Assembly: GCA_028826165.1 (NCBI GenBank) | Contig: JAPDFW010000046.1 | Span: 1-51,916, forward strand | Origin: Anaeramoeba ignava BMAN | Lineage: Eukaryota > Protista > Anaeramoebae | Length of the DNA: 51,916 nt | Direction: 5' to 3' | Shown here: piece by piece, positions 38,401 through 49,300 of the stretch | Layout: every line of letters starts with the position of its first letter | How positions within the stretch are numbered: position 1 is the first letter of the stretch | Program-made: the position numbers and the translations under genes | The notes under the pieces: generated by a model | Database searches by the model: none | Seen by the model: only the letters and a program-made list of their open reading frames with translations | Told to the model about the DNA's origin: nothing

Positions 38401-39243
38401 AATATAATCAAATTTTTATTAATGAATGATATGAATATTTATGATTTAAAACAAAAACAAATCACAAAACAATTTATTCAATTATTTTCACAAATTTATT
38501 CAATTAATGAAGATATGAATAATTTATTAAAATCAAATAATCAATTTTCAGATTTAATAATTCAATCAAATGATTTATTTAAATTTAAAGTTCATAAATT
38601 AATATTATTAACAAGATTTGATAATAATGAATTAACTTTACAAAAATTTATTAATAATTGTTATCAAAAGCCAAAAAAAGAAATTGAAATTATTTTAAAT
38701 TTTATTTATACTGGATTTTATAATTTTGATAAATTTATTGATAAATTTAATTCAAAACAAATTGAAAATGAAAATGAAAAAGAAAAACAAAATGAAAATG
38801 AAAATGAAAAAGAAATTATCCAAAATTTTATTAAAGAAATTGGAATTGAAACAAATTGGATTGAAAATAAAAAAGGAAGAAAAGGAATAATAAATGATTT
38901 ATCAAAATTATATAAAGAAAATGAAACCAAAGATTTTAAAATAATTATTGAAGAAAAAGAAATTAAAATTCATAAATTAATATTAATAATTCGAAGTGAA
39001 TTATTTAAAGGAATGTTTGAATTAAATATTCAAGATTCATCAAATCAAGTTCATGATTATTCAAGAAAATCATTTGAAACAATTAATCAATTTATTTATT
39101 TCCTTTATCATGATAAATTTAATAATATTGAAAAAGAAAAAGAAAAAGAAATTATTTTAGAAGAATTTTATGATTTAAAAGATTATTTTCAATTAAATCA
39201 AAATTCAATTATTGATTTAATTTTAAAAGATTTAAAAAATTAA
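35416..39243 (+). CDS. Ankyrin-repeat (roughly 28 repeats) + tandem BTB protein, array copy 2 (intact, 1275 aa)
   Basis: Repeats of 'GIDINAKTNxNETALHxACxNN-SxEVIEYLISK' followed by two BTB-like domains. Confidence 0.93.
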   Translation: MNKNKIYKIIKENEIEKIKEIIKEINEEKNKKKIIKYSIKQKVSKEIIEYLITELFNNNNNNDINFKDKKRRNLLQISIINQSKIEIIKLLITKGININSKDKKGKTIIHYLIKYLKNEKELIEIIEYLISNKININEKTNSNKTILHYACEYNSIQVIEYLISKGININLKTNSNETILHFACQNNSIEVIEYLISKGININSKTNKNETILHYACKKNSIQVIQYLISKGININSKTNQYKTILHYASKKNSLEVIKYLISKGLNINSKTKWNETILHYACKNNSFEVIEYLISKGININLKTRWNETILHSACKNNSFDVIKYLISKGLDINAITNDNETILHYACQKNSVDVIKYLVSKGVDINAITSDNETALHYACRNNLSFKVIEYLVSKGVDINEKNKWNQTLIHLVCENNPSIQVIEYLISKGVDINEKTKWNETVLHYAFRYNPSIEIIEYLISKGININSKTNQNETMLHYFFENQNNPSLEVIEYLVSQGIDINSKTDQNETVLHLACRNNLSIEIIQYLISKGIDINSKTNYDETPLLLACEFNSFEVIQYLISKGADINAKTDYNETVLHLACRNNLSIEIIQYLISKGADINSKTNGNETVLHLACRNNLSIQIIEYLISKGIDINEKTNRNETVLHYICRHNPSLEVIEYLISKGIDINEKTNRNQTALHYACQANPSFEIIQYLISKGIDINAKTNQNQTALHFACRNKPFEIIQYLVEKGVNINEKANQKQTLLHIVCQYNSPFEVIEYLIEKGIDINAKTNRNETVLHFACRNNSLEIVEYLISKGIDIYSKTNENETALHYACQNNSPIEIIQYLIEKEIDINAKTRRSQTALHFATRFNSIQTVQYLVSKGIDINAKNNQNETALHLACRFNFFQIIQYLISKGIDINAKTNQNETALHLACQNNLSLKVIQYLISKGIDINAKNNQNETVLHFACQFNSIQIVEYLISKGADINSKTNQNETILSISIKKQNENIIKFLLMNDMNIYDLKQKQITKQFIQLFSQIYSINEDMNNLLKSNNQFSDLIIQSNDLFKFKVHKLILLTRFDNNELTLQKFINNCYQKPKKEIEIILNFIYTGFYNFDKFIDKFNSKQIENENEKEKQNENENEKEIIQNFIKEIGIETNWIENKKGRKGIINDLSKLYKENETKDFKIIIEEKEIKIHKLILIIRSELFKGMFELNIQDSSNQVHDYSRKSFETINQFIYFLYHDKFNNIEKEKEKEIILEEFYDLKDYFQLNQNSIIDLILKDLKN

Positions 39244-39508
39244 TTTTAAATTTTCCATTTTTCATTTTTTTCATTTTTTTTCATTTCAAAAAATAAAAAT
39301 AAATAAATAAAATGAATAAAAATAAAATTTATAAAATTATAAAAGAAAATGAAATTGAAAAAATTAAAGAAATTATAAAAGAAATTATTAATGAAGAAAA
39401 AAATAAAAAGAAAATAATAAAATATGAGAGATTCGAGGCACAAAAAAATAAATAAAAAAAAAAGCCTTTGAAAGCCTTTCATGCCCCAAAAATTATTCTA
39501 TTCTCAAT

Positions 39509-39645
39509 TAAATTTTTTTTTTCCTATAATTTTAATAAAAGATCTTATTTAAATTTTTTTTTTCCTATAATTTTAATAAAAGATCTTATTAAATTTTTTT
39601 TTCCTGTAATTTTAATAAAAGATCTTATTTAATTTTTTTTTTCCT
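39509..39645. repeat. Left subterminal repeat of transposon: ~40-bp unit x3 + partial
   Basis: Unit aaatttttttttcct(a/g)taattttaataaaagatcttatt. Confidence 0.85.
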
Positions 39646-39713
39646 GAATTTGGATTTAAAAGAAAAATTTTTGTTTGTTTTGATCCATTTTTCCTTTTCT
39701 TTTTTTTTTTGAA

Positions 39714-40241
39714 ATGTCACTTTTTTTTGTTACTTTTTCAAACAAATTTGCGCTTTTTCAAGTTGAAAAAATAATCAATTTCAAAAATTTCCGGAAAGAA
39801 ATTTCGTTCATCTTTTCTTTGAGGAATGAAATAAAATCATTCTACTATTTCTTTCTCCAAAAGAAAATTGAAATCAAAAATAATTCGAGTTTGGAAATCT
39901 TTGTTGGTTTGGTCAAGAAGAAACATGAGGATTTAGAAGTTTATGGAAATATTGGGGTTTTACACATAAATTATGAATCAAAGATTAAAAAAAACCTAAA
40001 AAAGGAAGTAAATGGAACAGTAAAGCAATTTATCCACAAGAATTCATTTCTTACTTTGAATGAGACCAATTTTTCTGTATATTGCTCAATATGCGATAAA
40101 GAACTCCAAGGAATCTCTAAATGGAAAATTCAAAGACATTGTAGGTCACAACATCATCGCCTTCTTATTCCTTTGAATTTACAGCAACAGAAGAATGAAG
40201 GAAGATGCAACTTTGATTCAAAAGAATCAGCCTTACTTTAG
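39714..40241 (+). CDS. Zinc-finger ORF of the transposon (probable N-terminus of transposase, out of frame by 1 nt)
   Basis: 'YCSICDKELQGISKWKIQRHCRSQHH' is a C2H2-type finger. The ORF overlaps the 40195 ORF in another frame. Confidence 0.6.
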   Translation: MSLFFVTFSNKFALFQVEKIINFKNFRKEISFIFSLRNEIKSFYYFFLQKKIEIKNNSSLEIFVGLVKKKHEDLEVYGNIGVLHINYESKIKKNLKKEVNGTVKQFIHKNSFLTLNETNFSVYCSICDKELQGISKWKIQRHCRSQHHRLLIPLNLQQQKNEGRCNFDSKESALL

Positions 40242-42597
40242 AATCCTAGAACATTTACAAACGTTCTCAAACACAGATTTTTATTCCAGGAAAGAAATTC
40301 CAACTTATAGAACAGGCCTCTCTAAAAAAAGGATTTTCAAGCAAATATCTGATTCATTACCCAATGTAGATTATAGAAAATTTTGCTTTTATTCGAGTCA
40401 TTATTTCTGTTTGAAACACAATACACCAATTTTCTTCCAATGTGAAAAGTGTGCAAATCCTAATCCTCAAAAAGTGGCGAATCACAGAAATAAAGTTCAA
40501 ATGATGAGAAATTTCTTTAAAGATGAAGTACAAGATCCCACAAAACTAGTTATTATTTTAGATTTCGGAGAGAACATACAAGAATATCGAGATGGGTGGA
40601 ATACTCAAGAATTTTACATCAAAAATTCATGGGTTATCTTCAATATATGTTTAATTCAAGGAACTGAATTTGAATATTACGATTATATCTCAGAAGAGAA
40701 AAGCAAAGTAATGTTATAGAATTTAGAATTTAGAATTTACAAGAAAAACTTAAAAAAATCTTAATTTTGTTTTAGGATTCGGTATTTGTGATGGAATCTT
40801 TAGGAAAATTTGCACAAATTTTAGATCAAAAACAACGAAAAAAAAAACTAAGTTCTTATGAAAGCATTTCAATTTTTAGTGACGGAGGATCTAGTCTCAA
40901 AAATAATTTGGTGATTCCAACAATAATTCAACTCTTCTCTTCTAATTTTAAGAAAATTACCATTGGATATTTTCTCACAAATCATGGTAAAAATTACAGT
41001 GATGCCCATTTCGGCAATATTTCAAGAAATAGATCAAGCTTTGGGAATATAAGAACAATTGAAGAGTTGGATAATTATCTGAAAACTCTGAAGAACACTT
41101 TTTCAACAATTATGTCAGTTGACCGTTCGATTAAATATTCCTACACACAAGGAATTCCATATCTGAAAAAAACTCATTTATTTTTTTATGATAAAGGTCA
41201 TTTTGAAGCCTGGTTTAATCCCCAAAGAAGAGGACGTAAAAGAAGAATTCCAATAATCAAGAAGATTCAAATTTATGATAAAGATTTAGCCAATCATAAT
41301 TTTCAGATTCAAGATGTGAATGAAAAAAATCACTCAAAATTAATACAGCCAATATCTCAAAATCTTCCAATTTCAAGAAAGGAGAACGAAAAGGATGTTG
41401 ATAATCAACAAAAAGAAGAAAACCAAAAGCGACCATTTCTGAGCCAAAAAATTACAAAAAGCAAGAAAAGAAAAAATCAAATGATAGAAATTGATAACGA
41501 AAATCAACAAATTGAAAAGAAAAACAAATCTAACAAGATTCCTGAATTGGAAATTCAGAATTTACTTCCCTTAAACCAAAATTTGAATAGAGAAAACCAG
41601 GTAAAACTAAAAAAAAGAAAATATTTTCTTTTGTGTGCTTCTCTTTCTGATTTTCTTTGAATATTGTGTTTTATAGGTAATTCAAACAATCCCCAACTCT
41701 GGAAATTCATGTTATATCGCATCAATTGTCCAGATTTTGATCAGGACATCAGCTCGAAACCTTCTTCCTTTAGGAGATATCTCAGAAAAATTATGGGATA
41801 TTTTTAATTCAAAGCAAAGATATATAGAAGTCCAAGATTTGAGAAAGGAAGTAGGTAAGCATTTTGTCAATTTTGATAATTTGAACCAACAAGATCTACA
41901 CGAATTTTTTATTAATTTATTTGAATTATTGGACAAGGAAACAATTTTAGATATTCCAGATAAAGATGATCTTTTGTATCACGCCTTTGATTTATGGAAT
42001 AAAACTATTTTGAATGATTTTTGTATTCGCTTAATTCAAAAAGTGAAATGCTTGGAATGTAAACATTTTTCCTTTAGTTTTCCTCAAGAAATAGGTATAC
42101 TGCTAAGTTTAGAAAGTGAAAAAGATTGTAACTTAATAGAATTGCTCAATTCATTTTTCTCAAAAAATTACTTTGATGAAAACAATCTCCTATTTTGTGA
42201 ACATTGTCAAAAAAAAGTTCAAAGTTCTTTCCAATTCTTTTTAATTCATATTCCCAAATTTTTCATGATATTTGTCAAAAGAAGCTTCTATGATCCAATT
42301 TTGAAGGAAGAAAGAAAAAATATGGCAAGAATACAAGTTCCAAGAAAGATTCAACTTAATAATTTTTTATTCTCTCCTTCTAGTTCTATGTCAAACTCAT
42401 TGTCATTTTGGGGATCAATTCATCACCAAGGAGAAGAACAAGAAGCAAAAGGAGGTCATTTCTGGGCTGAAGTGAAAGATGAAAGAAATGCTGGAGATTT
42501 TCAAGTTTTTGATGATTCGACAACTTTGACTATTCCTAATCCTTGCCGGAAATCGAATTCATATGTCTTGATGACATATCAAAGAGATGATAAGTAA
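40195..42597 (+). CDS. Spliced Sola2-type DDD transposase fused to ubiquitin-specific protease (peptidase C19); exons 40195-40707, 40776-41600, 41677-42597 (752 aa from this ATG)
   Basis: Triad motifs: 'VIILDFGENI' (D 40561), 'IFSDGGSSLKN' (D 40881), 'FLTNHGKNYSDAHFG' (D 41001). USP motifs: 'PNSGNSCYIASIVQIL' (C 41710), 'QQDLHEFFINLFELL', 'CLEC...CEHC', 'HHQG...GGHFWA' (H 42457), 'FDDS'. Both introns are GT-AG and phase 0. Confidence 0.85.
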
Positions 42598-42631
42598 ATA
42601 TTCCATTCAAATTCAACTAATCTCTTTTTTC

Positions 42632-42800
42632 TTTGATTGATTTTTCTTGATTGATTTTTCTTGATTGATTTTTCTTGATTGATTTTTTTTGATTGATTTT
42701 TTTTGATTGATTTTTCTTGATTGATTTTTCTTGATTGATTTTTTTTGATTGATTTTTCTTGATTGATTTTTCTTGATTGATTTTTTTTGATTGATTTTTC
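42632..42800. repeat. Right subterminal repeat of transposon: 14-bp unit (ttgattgattttt[c/t]) x~12
   Basis: Direct reading. Confidence 0.88.
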
Positions 42801-45800
42801 AAAAAATAAAAATTTCCCCATTAGCCTTTTGCGGCCTCAAATTTTCAGGTTTCACAAAAGAATTTTTAATTTATTTTTCAATAAAAAGGGGAATTTTTTT
42901 TTAAATATTTTGAGATGTTTTTGCCTCTCCCTTTCTCTCATATTCAATAAAACAAAAAGTTTCCAAAGAAATAATTGAATATTTAATAACAAAATTATTT
43001 AATAATAATAATAATGATAATGATATTAATTTTAAAGATAAAAAAAGAAGAAATTTATTACAAATTTCAATTATAAATCAATCAAAAATTGAAATAATTA
43101 AATTATTAATTAAAAAAGGAATTGATATTAATTCAAAAACAGAAGAAAATGAAACAGCTTTACATTTTGCTTGCCAATATCATTCATTTGAAGTTATTAA
43201 ATATTTAGTTGAAAAAGGAATTGATGTTAATATCAAAAGAATTGATCAAAAAATAGCATTACATTTGGCATGTCAATATAACTCATTTGAAGTTATTAAA
43301 TTTCTTATTGAAAATGGATCTGATATTAATTCACAAGCAGATGCAAAATTATCTCCTTTATATTTTGTTTTGAAATACCAAAAATCAATTGAGATGATCA
43401 AATTTCTTGTTTCAAAAGGAGCTGATCCTACTTTAACAACTTTATTTAATGAAACGCCTTTACATCTTGTTTGCCAATATCAAAAACCAAATGAAATCAT
43501 TGAATATTTCATTTCAAAAGGAATTGATATTAATTCAAAAAATATAAATCATGAAACAGTTTTACATCTTGTTTGCCAATACAAACAACCACTTGAAATT
43601 ATTGAATATTTGATTTCCAAAGGAATTGATATTAATTCAAAAACAAATGGAAATGAAACAGCTTTACATTATGCTTGCAAATTTCAAAATACACTAAAAG
43701 TTATTCAATATTTAATTTCCAAAGGTGTTGATATTAATGCAAAAACAAAATGGAATGAAACAGCTTTACATTATGCTTTTAGCCATAAAAATTCAAATGA
43801 AATTATTAAATTTCTTATTGAAAAAGGAATTGATATTAATGTGAAATCAGATTTTAATGAAACAGTTTTACATATAGCTTGTAAAAATCCTAATTCAATT
43901 GAAATGGTTAAAATTCTTGTTGAAAAAGGAATTGATATACATGCAACAACAAATCAAAATCAAATAGCTTTACATATCGCTTCTTTCTTTAATTCGTTGG
44001 AAATTGTTAAACTTCTTGTTGAAAAAGGAAGCGATATTAATTCAACAATTTCATATCGAGAAGAAACAGCTTTACATTTAGCATGCCAAAACAATCCATC
44101 AATTGAAATTGCTAAATATTTAATCTCAAAAGGAATTGATATTAATGCAAAAACAATTGAAGGTAAAACAGCACTACATTATGCATGCCAAAATAATTCC
44201 TCTCTTGAAGTTATACAATATTTAGTTGAAAAAGGAATTGATATTAATGCAAAAACCAATTACAATAAAGAAACAGCTTTACATTTTGCTTGTCAAACTA
44301 ATTTACCACTTAAACTTATTGAATATTTAGTTTCTAAAGGTGTTGATATTAATTCTCAAACAATAAATAATGAAACACCTTTGCATCATGCTTGTGGTAA
44401 CATAAATGAAAACTCACTTGAAATCATCAAATTTCTTGCTTCAAAAGGAGCTGATATCGCTGCTCAAACAAGATATAATCAAGCTACACCTTTGCATTTT
44501 GCTTGTCAACATCAAAATCAAAACCAAAATGAAAATTTATTTGAAGTTATCCAATTTCTTGTTTCAAAAGAAATGGAATTAAAAACTCACATAAACAAAA
44601 CCTCAAATCAAACTTCAGATCACGATCATCTCATTTATTTCAGGAAAGTGCCATCTGGTTATTTAACATTCAATCGAAAAACGCCTCTTCATCTTTTTTG
44701 TGAAAACGGAAATCTTAATTCGAATTCAATCCAAATTATCAAATTTCTTCTTGAATCAGGAATTGATATAAATGCAAAAACTTCATATGGAGAAGAAACA
44801 GCTTTGCATTGTTTGTGCAAAAATAAAAATCAAGAAAATTCGAACGAATTGATCAAATGTCTTATAGAAAAAGGAATTGATATTAATGCAAAAACAAATG
44901 AAAATCAAACTGCTTTACATTTAGCTTGTCAAAATCAAAATAAAAACTCAATTGAATTGATCAAATGTCTTATAGAAAAAGGAATTGATATAAATGCAAA
45001 AACAAAAAGAAATCAAACTGCTTTACATTTTGTTTGCCAAAATAAAAATCCAAATTCGTTTGAAGTTATAAAATTACTTGTTTCCAAAGGAATTGATATT
45101 AATGCTAAAGTTTACAACAACCAATCAGCTTTGCATATTATTTATCAATATCAACCTCCAAAATCATTTGATATTACGAAATTTCTTATTGAATCAGGAA
45201 TTGATATTAATGTAAAAACAAGTCACAATGAAACAGCTTTACATTTTACTTTGAAATATCAAAGCAATTTATTTGAATTTGTTGAATATTTGATTTCCAA
45301 AGGAATTGATATAAATGCAAAAACAAATCAAAATGAAACTGCTTTACATTACGCTTCTGAAAGGAATTCATCAATTCAAATTGTTAAATATTTAATTTCC
45401 AAAGGTGCTGATATTAATTCAAAAACAAATCAAAATGAAACTGCTCTTTCAATATCAATTAAAAAACAAAATGAAAATATAATCAAATTTTTATTAATGA
45501 ATAATGCGAATATTGATGATTTAAAAAAAGAATATATCACACAAGAATTTATTGATTTAATTCCACAAATTTATTCAATTAATGAAGATATGAATAATTT
45601 ATTAAAATCAAATAATCAATTTTCAGATTTAATAATTCAATCAAATGATTTATTCAAATTTAAAGTTCATAAATTAATATTATTAACAAGATTTGATAAT
45701 AATGAATTAATTTTACAAAAATTTATTAATAATTGTTATCAAAAACCAAAAAAAGAAATTGAAATTATTTTAAATTTTATTTATACTGGATTTTATAATT

Positions 45801-46399
45801 TTGATAAATTTATTGAAAAATTTAATTCAAAACAAATTGAAAATGAAAATGAAAATGAAAAACAAAATGAAAATGGAAATGAAAATGAAAATGAAAAAGA
45901 AATTATCCAAAAGTTTATTAAAGAAATTGGAATTGAAACAGATTGGATTGAAACTAAAAAAGGAAGAAAAGGAATAATAAATGATTTATCAAAATTATAT
46001 AAAGAAAATGAAACCAAAGATTTTAAAATAATTATTGAAGAAAAAGAAATTAAAATTCATAAATTAATATTAATAATTAGAAGTGAATTATTTAAAGGAA
46101 TGTTTGAATTAAATATTCAAGATTCAACAAATCAAGTTCATGATTATTCAAGAAAATCATTTGAAACAATTAATCAATTCATTTATTTTCTTTATCATGA
46201 TAAATTTAATAATATTGAAAAAGAAAAAGAAAAAGAAAAAGAAATTATTTTAGAAGAATTTTATGATTTGAAAGATTATTTTCAATTAAATCAAAATTCA
46301 ATTATTGATTTAATTTTAAAAGATTTAAAAAATTAATTTTAAATTTTCCATTTTTTTCATTTTTTTTCATTTCAAAAAATAAAAATAAAAAAAAATAAA

Positions 46400-49300
46400 A
46401 TGAATAAAAATAAAATTTATAAAATTATAAAAGAAAATGAAATTGAAAAAATTAAAGAAATTATAAAAGAAATTATTAATGAAGAAAAAAATAAAAAGAA
46501 AATAATAAAATATTCAATAAAACAAAAAGTTTCCAAAGAAATAATTGAATATTTAATAACAAAATTATTTAATAATAATAATAATAATGATAATGATATT
46601 AATTTTAAAGATAAAAAAAGAAGAAATTTATTACAAATTTCAATTATAAATCAATCAAAAATTGAAATAATTAAATTATTAATTAAAAAGGAATTAATAT
46701 TAATTCAAAAGATAAAAAGGAAAAACAATTATTCATTATTTAATAAAATATTTAAAAAATGAAAAAGAATTAATTGAAATTATTGAATATTTAATTTCCA
46801 ATAAAATTAATATAAATGAAAAAACAAATTCAAATAAAACAATATTACATTATGCATGTGAATATAATTCAATTAAAATTATTGAATATTTAATTTCCAA
46901 AGGAATTAATATTAATTTAAAAACAAATTCAAATGAAACAATATTACATTTTGCATGTCAAAATAATTCAATTGAAGTTATCGAATATTTAATTTCCAAA
47001 GGAATTAATATAAATGATAAAACAAATAAAAATGAAACAGTTTTACATTATGCATGTAAAAAGAATTCAATTCAAGTTATTGAATATTTAATTTCTAAAG
47101 GAATTAATATTAATTATAAAACAAATCAATACAAAACAATATTACATTATGCATGCAAAAATAATTCTCTTGAAGTTATTAAATATTTAATTTCTAAAGG
47201 AATTGATATTAATTCAAAAACCAAATGGAATGAAACAATATTACATTATGCATGTAAAAAGAATTCACTCGAAGTTATTAAATATTTAATATCCAAAGAA
47301 ATTGATATTAATGCAAAAACAAATAGACACAAAACAATTTTACATTATGCATGTCAAAACAATTCACTTGAAGTTATTAAATATTTAATTTCCAAAGGAA
47401 TGGATATTAATTCAAAAACAATATGGAATGAAACAGCTTTACATTATGCTTGCCAAAATAATTCACTCAAAGTTATTGAATATTTAATTTCCAAAGGTGC
47501 TGATATAAATGCAATTACAGGTGATAACGCAACAGTTTTACATTATGCATGTGAAAGTAATTCAGTTGATGTTATTAAATATTTAGTTTCCAAAGGAATT
47601 GATATAAATGCAATTACAAGTGATAATGAAACAACTTTACATTTTGCTTGTAGAAACAATCCATCATTTAAAGTTATTGAATATTTGATTTCCAAAGGTG
47701 TTGATATTAATGAAAAAAACAAATGGAATCGAACACTTATTCATTTGGTTTGTGAAAATAATCCATCAATTCAAGTTATTGAATATTTAATTTCTAAAGG
47801 TGTTGATATTCATGAAAAAACCAAATGGAATGAAGCAGTTTTACATTCAGCTTGTAGATATAATCCATCAATTGAAGTTATTGAATATTTAGTTGAAAAA
47901 GGAATTAATATTAATGCAAAAACAAATCAAAATGAAACAGTTTTACATTCAGCTTGTCAATATAATCCATCATTTGAAGTTATTGAATATTTAGTTGAAA
48001 AAGGAATTGATATTAATGCAAAAACAAATTATGATGAAAAACCCTTACTATCAGCTTGTAGAAATAATTCATCAACTGAAATTATTGAATATTTAATTTC
48101 CAAAGGTGCTGATATTAATGCAAAAACAGATTATAATGAAACAATATTACATTTAGCTTGTAGAAATAATTCATCATTTGAAATTATTCAATATTTGATT
48201 TCCAAAGAAATTGATATTAATGCAAAAACAAATTATGATGAAACAATTTTACATTATGCTTGTGAAAATGATTCACTTCAAGTTATTGAATATTTAATTT
48301 CCAAAGGTGCTGATATTAATGCAAAAACGAATCAAAATGAAACAGTTTTACATTATGCTTGTAGAAGTAAACCTTTAGTTGAAGTTATTAAATATTTAAT
48401 TTCCAAAGGAATTGATATCAATGCAAAAACAAATCAAAATGAAACTGTTTTACATTTAGCTTGTAGAAATAATCCATCACTTGAAGTTATCGAATATTTG
48501 ATTTCCAAAGGAATTGATATAAATGCAAAAACAAATGGAAATGAAACAGCTTTACATTATGCTTGCCAAAATAATACATCACTTGAAGTTATTAAATATT
48601 TGATTTCCAAAGGAATTGATATTAATGAAAAAACAAATCGAAATCAAACAGCTTTACATATTGCTTGTCAATATAATTCACCCTTTGAAGTTATTGAATA
48701 TTTAGTTGAAAAAGGTGTTAATATTAATGCAAAAACAAATCAAAATCAAACTGTTTTACATTTTGCTTGTCGAAATAATTCATCACTTGAAATTATTGAA
48801 TATTTGATTTCAAAAGGAATTGATATTAATGCAAAAACAAGACGAAATCAAACTGCTTTACATATTGCTTGTGAATATAATTCACCATTCGAAGTTATTC
48901 AATATTTAATTTCCAAAGGAATTGATATTAATGCAAAAACAAATTTCAATGAAACAGCTTTACATTTTGTTTGTGAAAATAATCCATCAATTCAAATTAT
49001 TGAATATTTAATTTCCAAAGGAATCGATATTAATGCAAAAGCAGATGAAAATGAAACAGCTTTACATTATGCTTGTCGAAATAATCTATCATTTGAAATT
49101 ATTGAATATTTAATTTCCAAAGGAATTGATATTAATGCAAAAACAGATGAAAATCAAACTGCTTTACATTTAATTTCCAGATTTAATTCAATTCAAACTG
49201 TTCAATATTTAGTTTCCAAAGGAATTGATATTAATGCAAAAAATAATCAAAATGAAACAGCTTTACATTTAGCTTGCCAATTCAATTTTTTTCAAATTAT

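Larger units (their letters stand above)
39426..42939 (+). mobile_element. Sola2-like DNA transposon (3,514 bp) with 4-bp ATAT TSD, GAGAG...CTCTC termini, encoding transposase-USP fusion
   Basis: TSD atat at 39422-39425 and 42940-42943; paralogous empty sites read aaatattcaataaaac. The imperfect TIR is left GAGAGAttcGAGGCAcAAAA and right (reverse complement) GAGAGAaagggaGAGGCAAAAA. The element has higher GC than the host and subterminal repeats at both ends. Confidence 0.92.
39312..46336 (+). pseudogene. Ankyrin-BTB array copy 3, interrupted after codon 38 by a 3.5-kb transposon
   Basis: 39312-39425 joined to 42944-46336 gives an uninterrupted 1168-aa ORF ('...KKIIKY|SIKQKVSK...') in frame with the 43265 ORF. 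Confidence 0.92.

Noticed and set aside
40141-40190. Candidate intron gtaggt...cag joining the zinc-finger ORF to the transposase
   Set aside because: The acceptor at 40184 gives the wrong frame and the one at 40190 creates a stop. Either would also delete part of the zinc finger.
39422-42943. Insertion as an intron, intein, piggyBac or Kolobok element
   Set aside because: The ends are not GT-AG, it is not in frame, and it has no intein motifs. The TSD is ATAT rather than TTAA, and the transposase motifs fit Sola2.
42579-42978. Small ORFs (KKNQSRKINQEKSI repeats etc.) at the element's right end
   Set aside because: Translations of the 14-bp subterminal repeat and terminal sequence.
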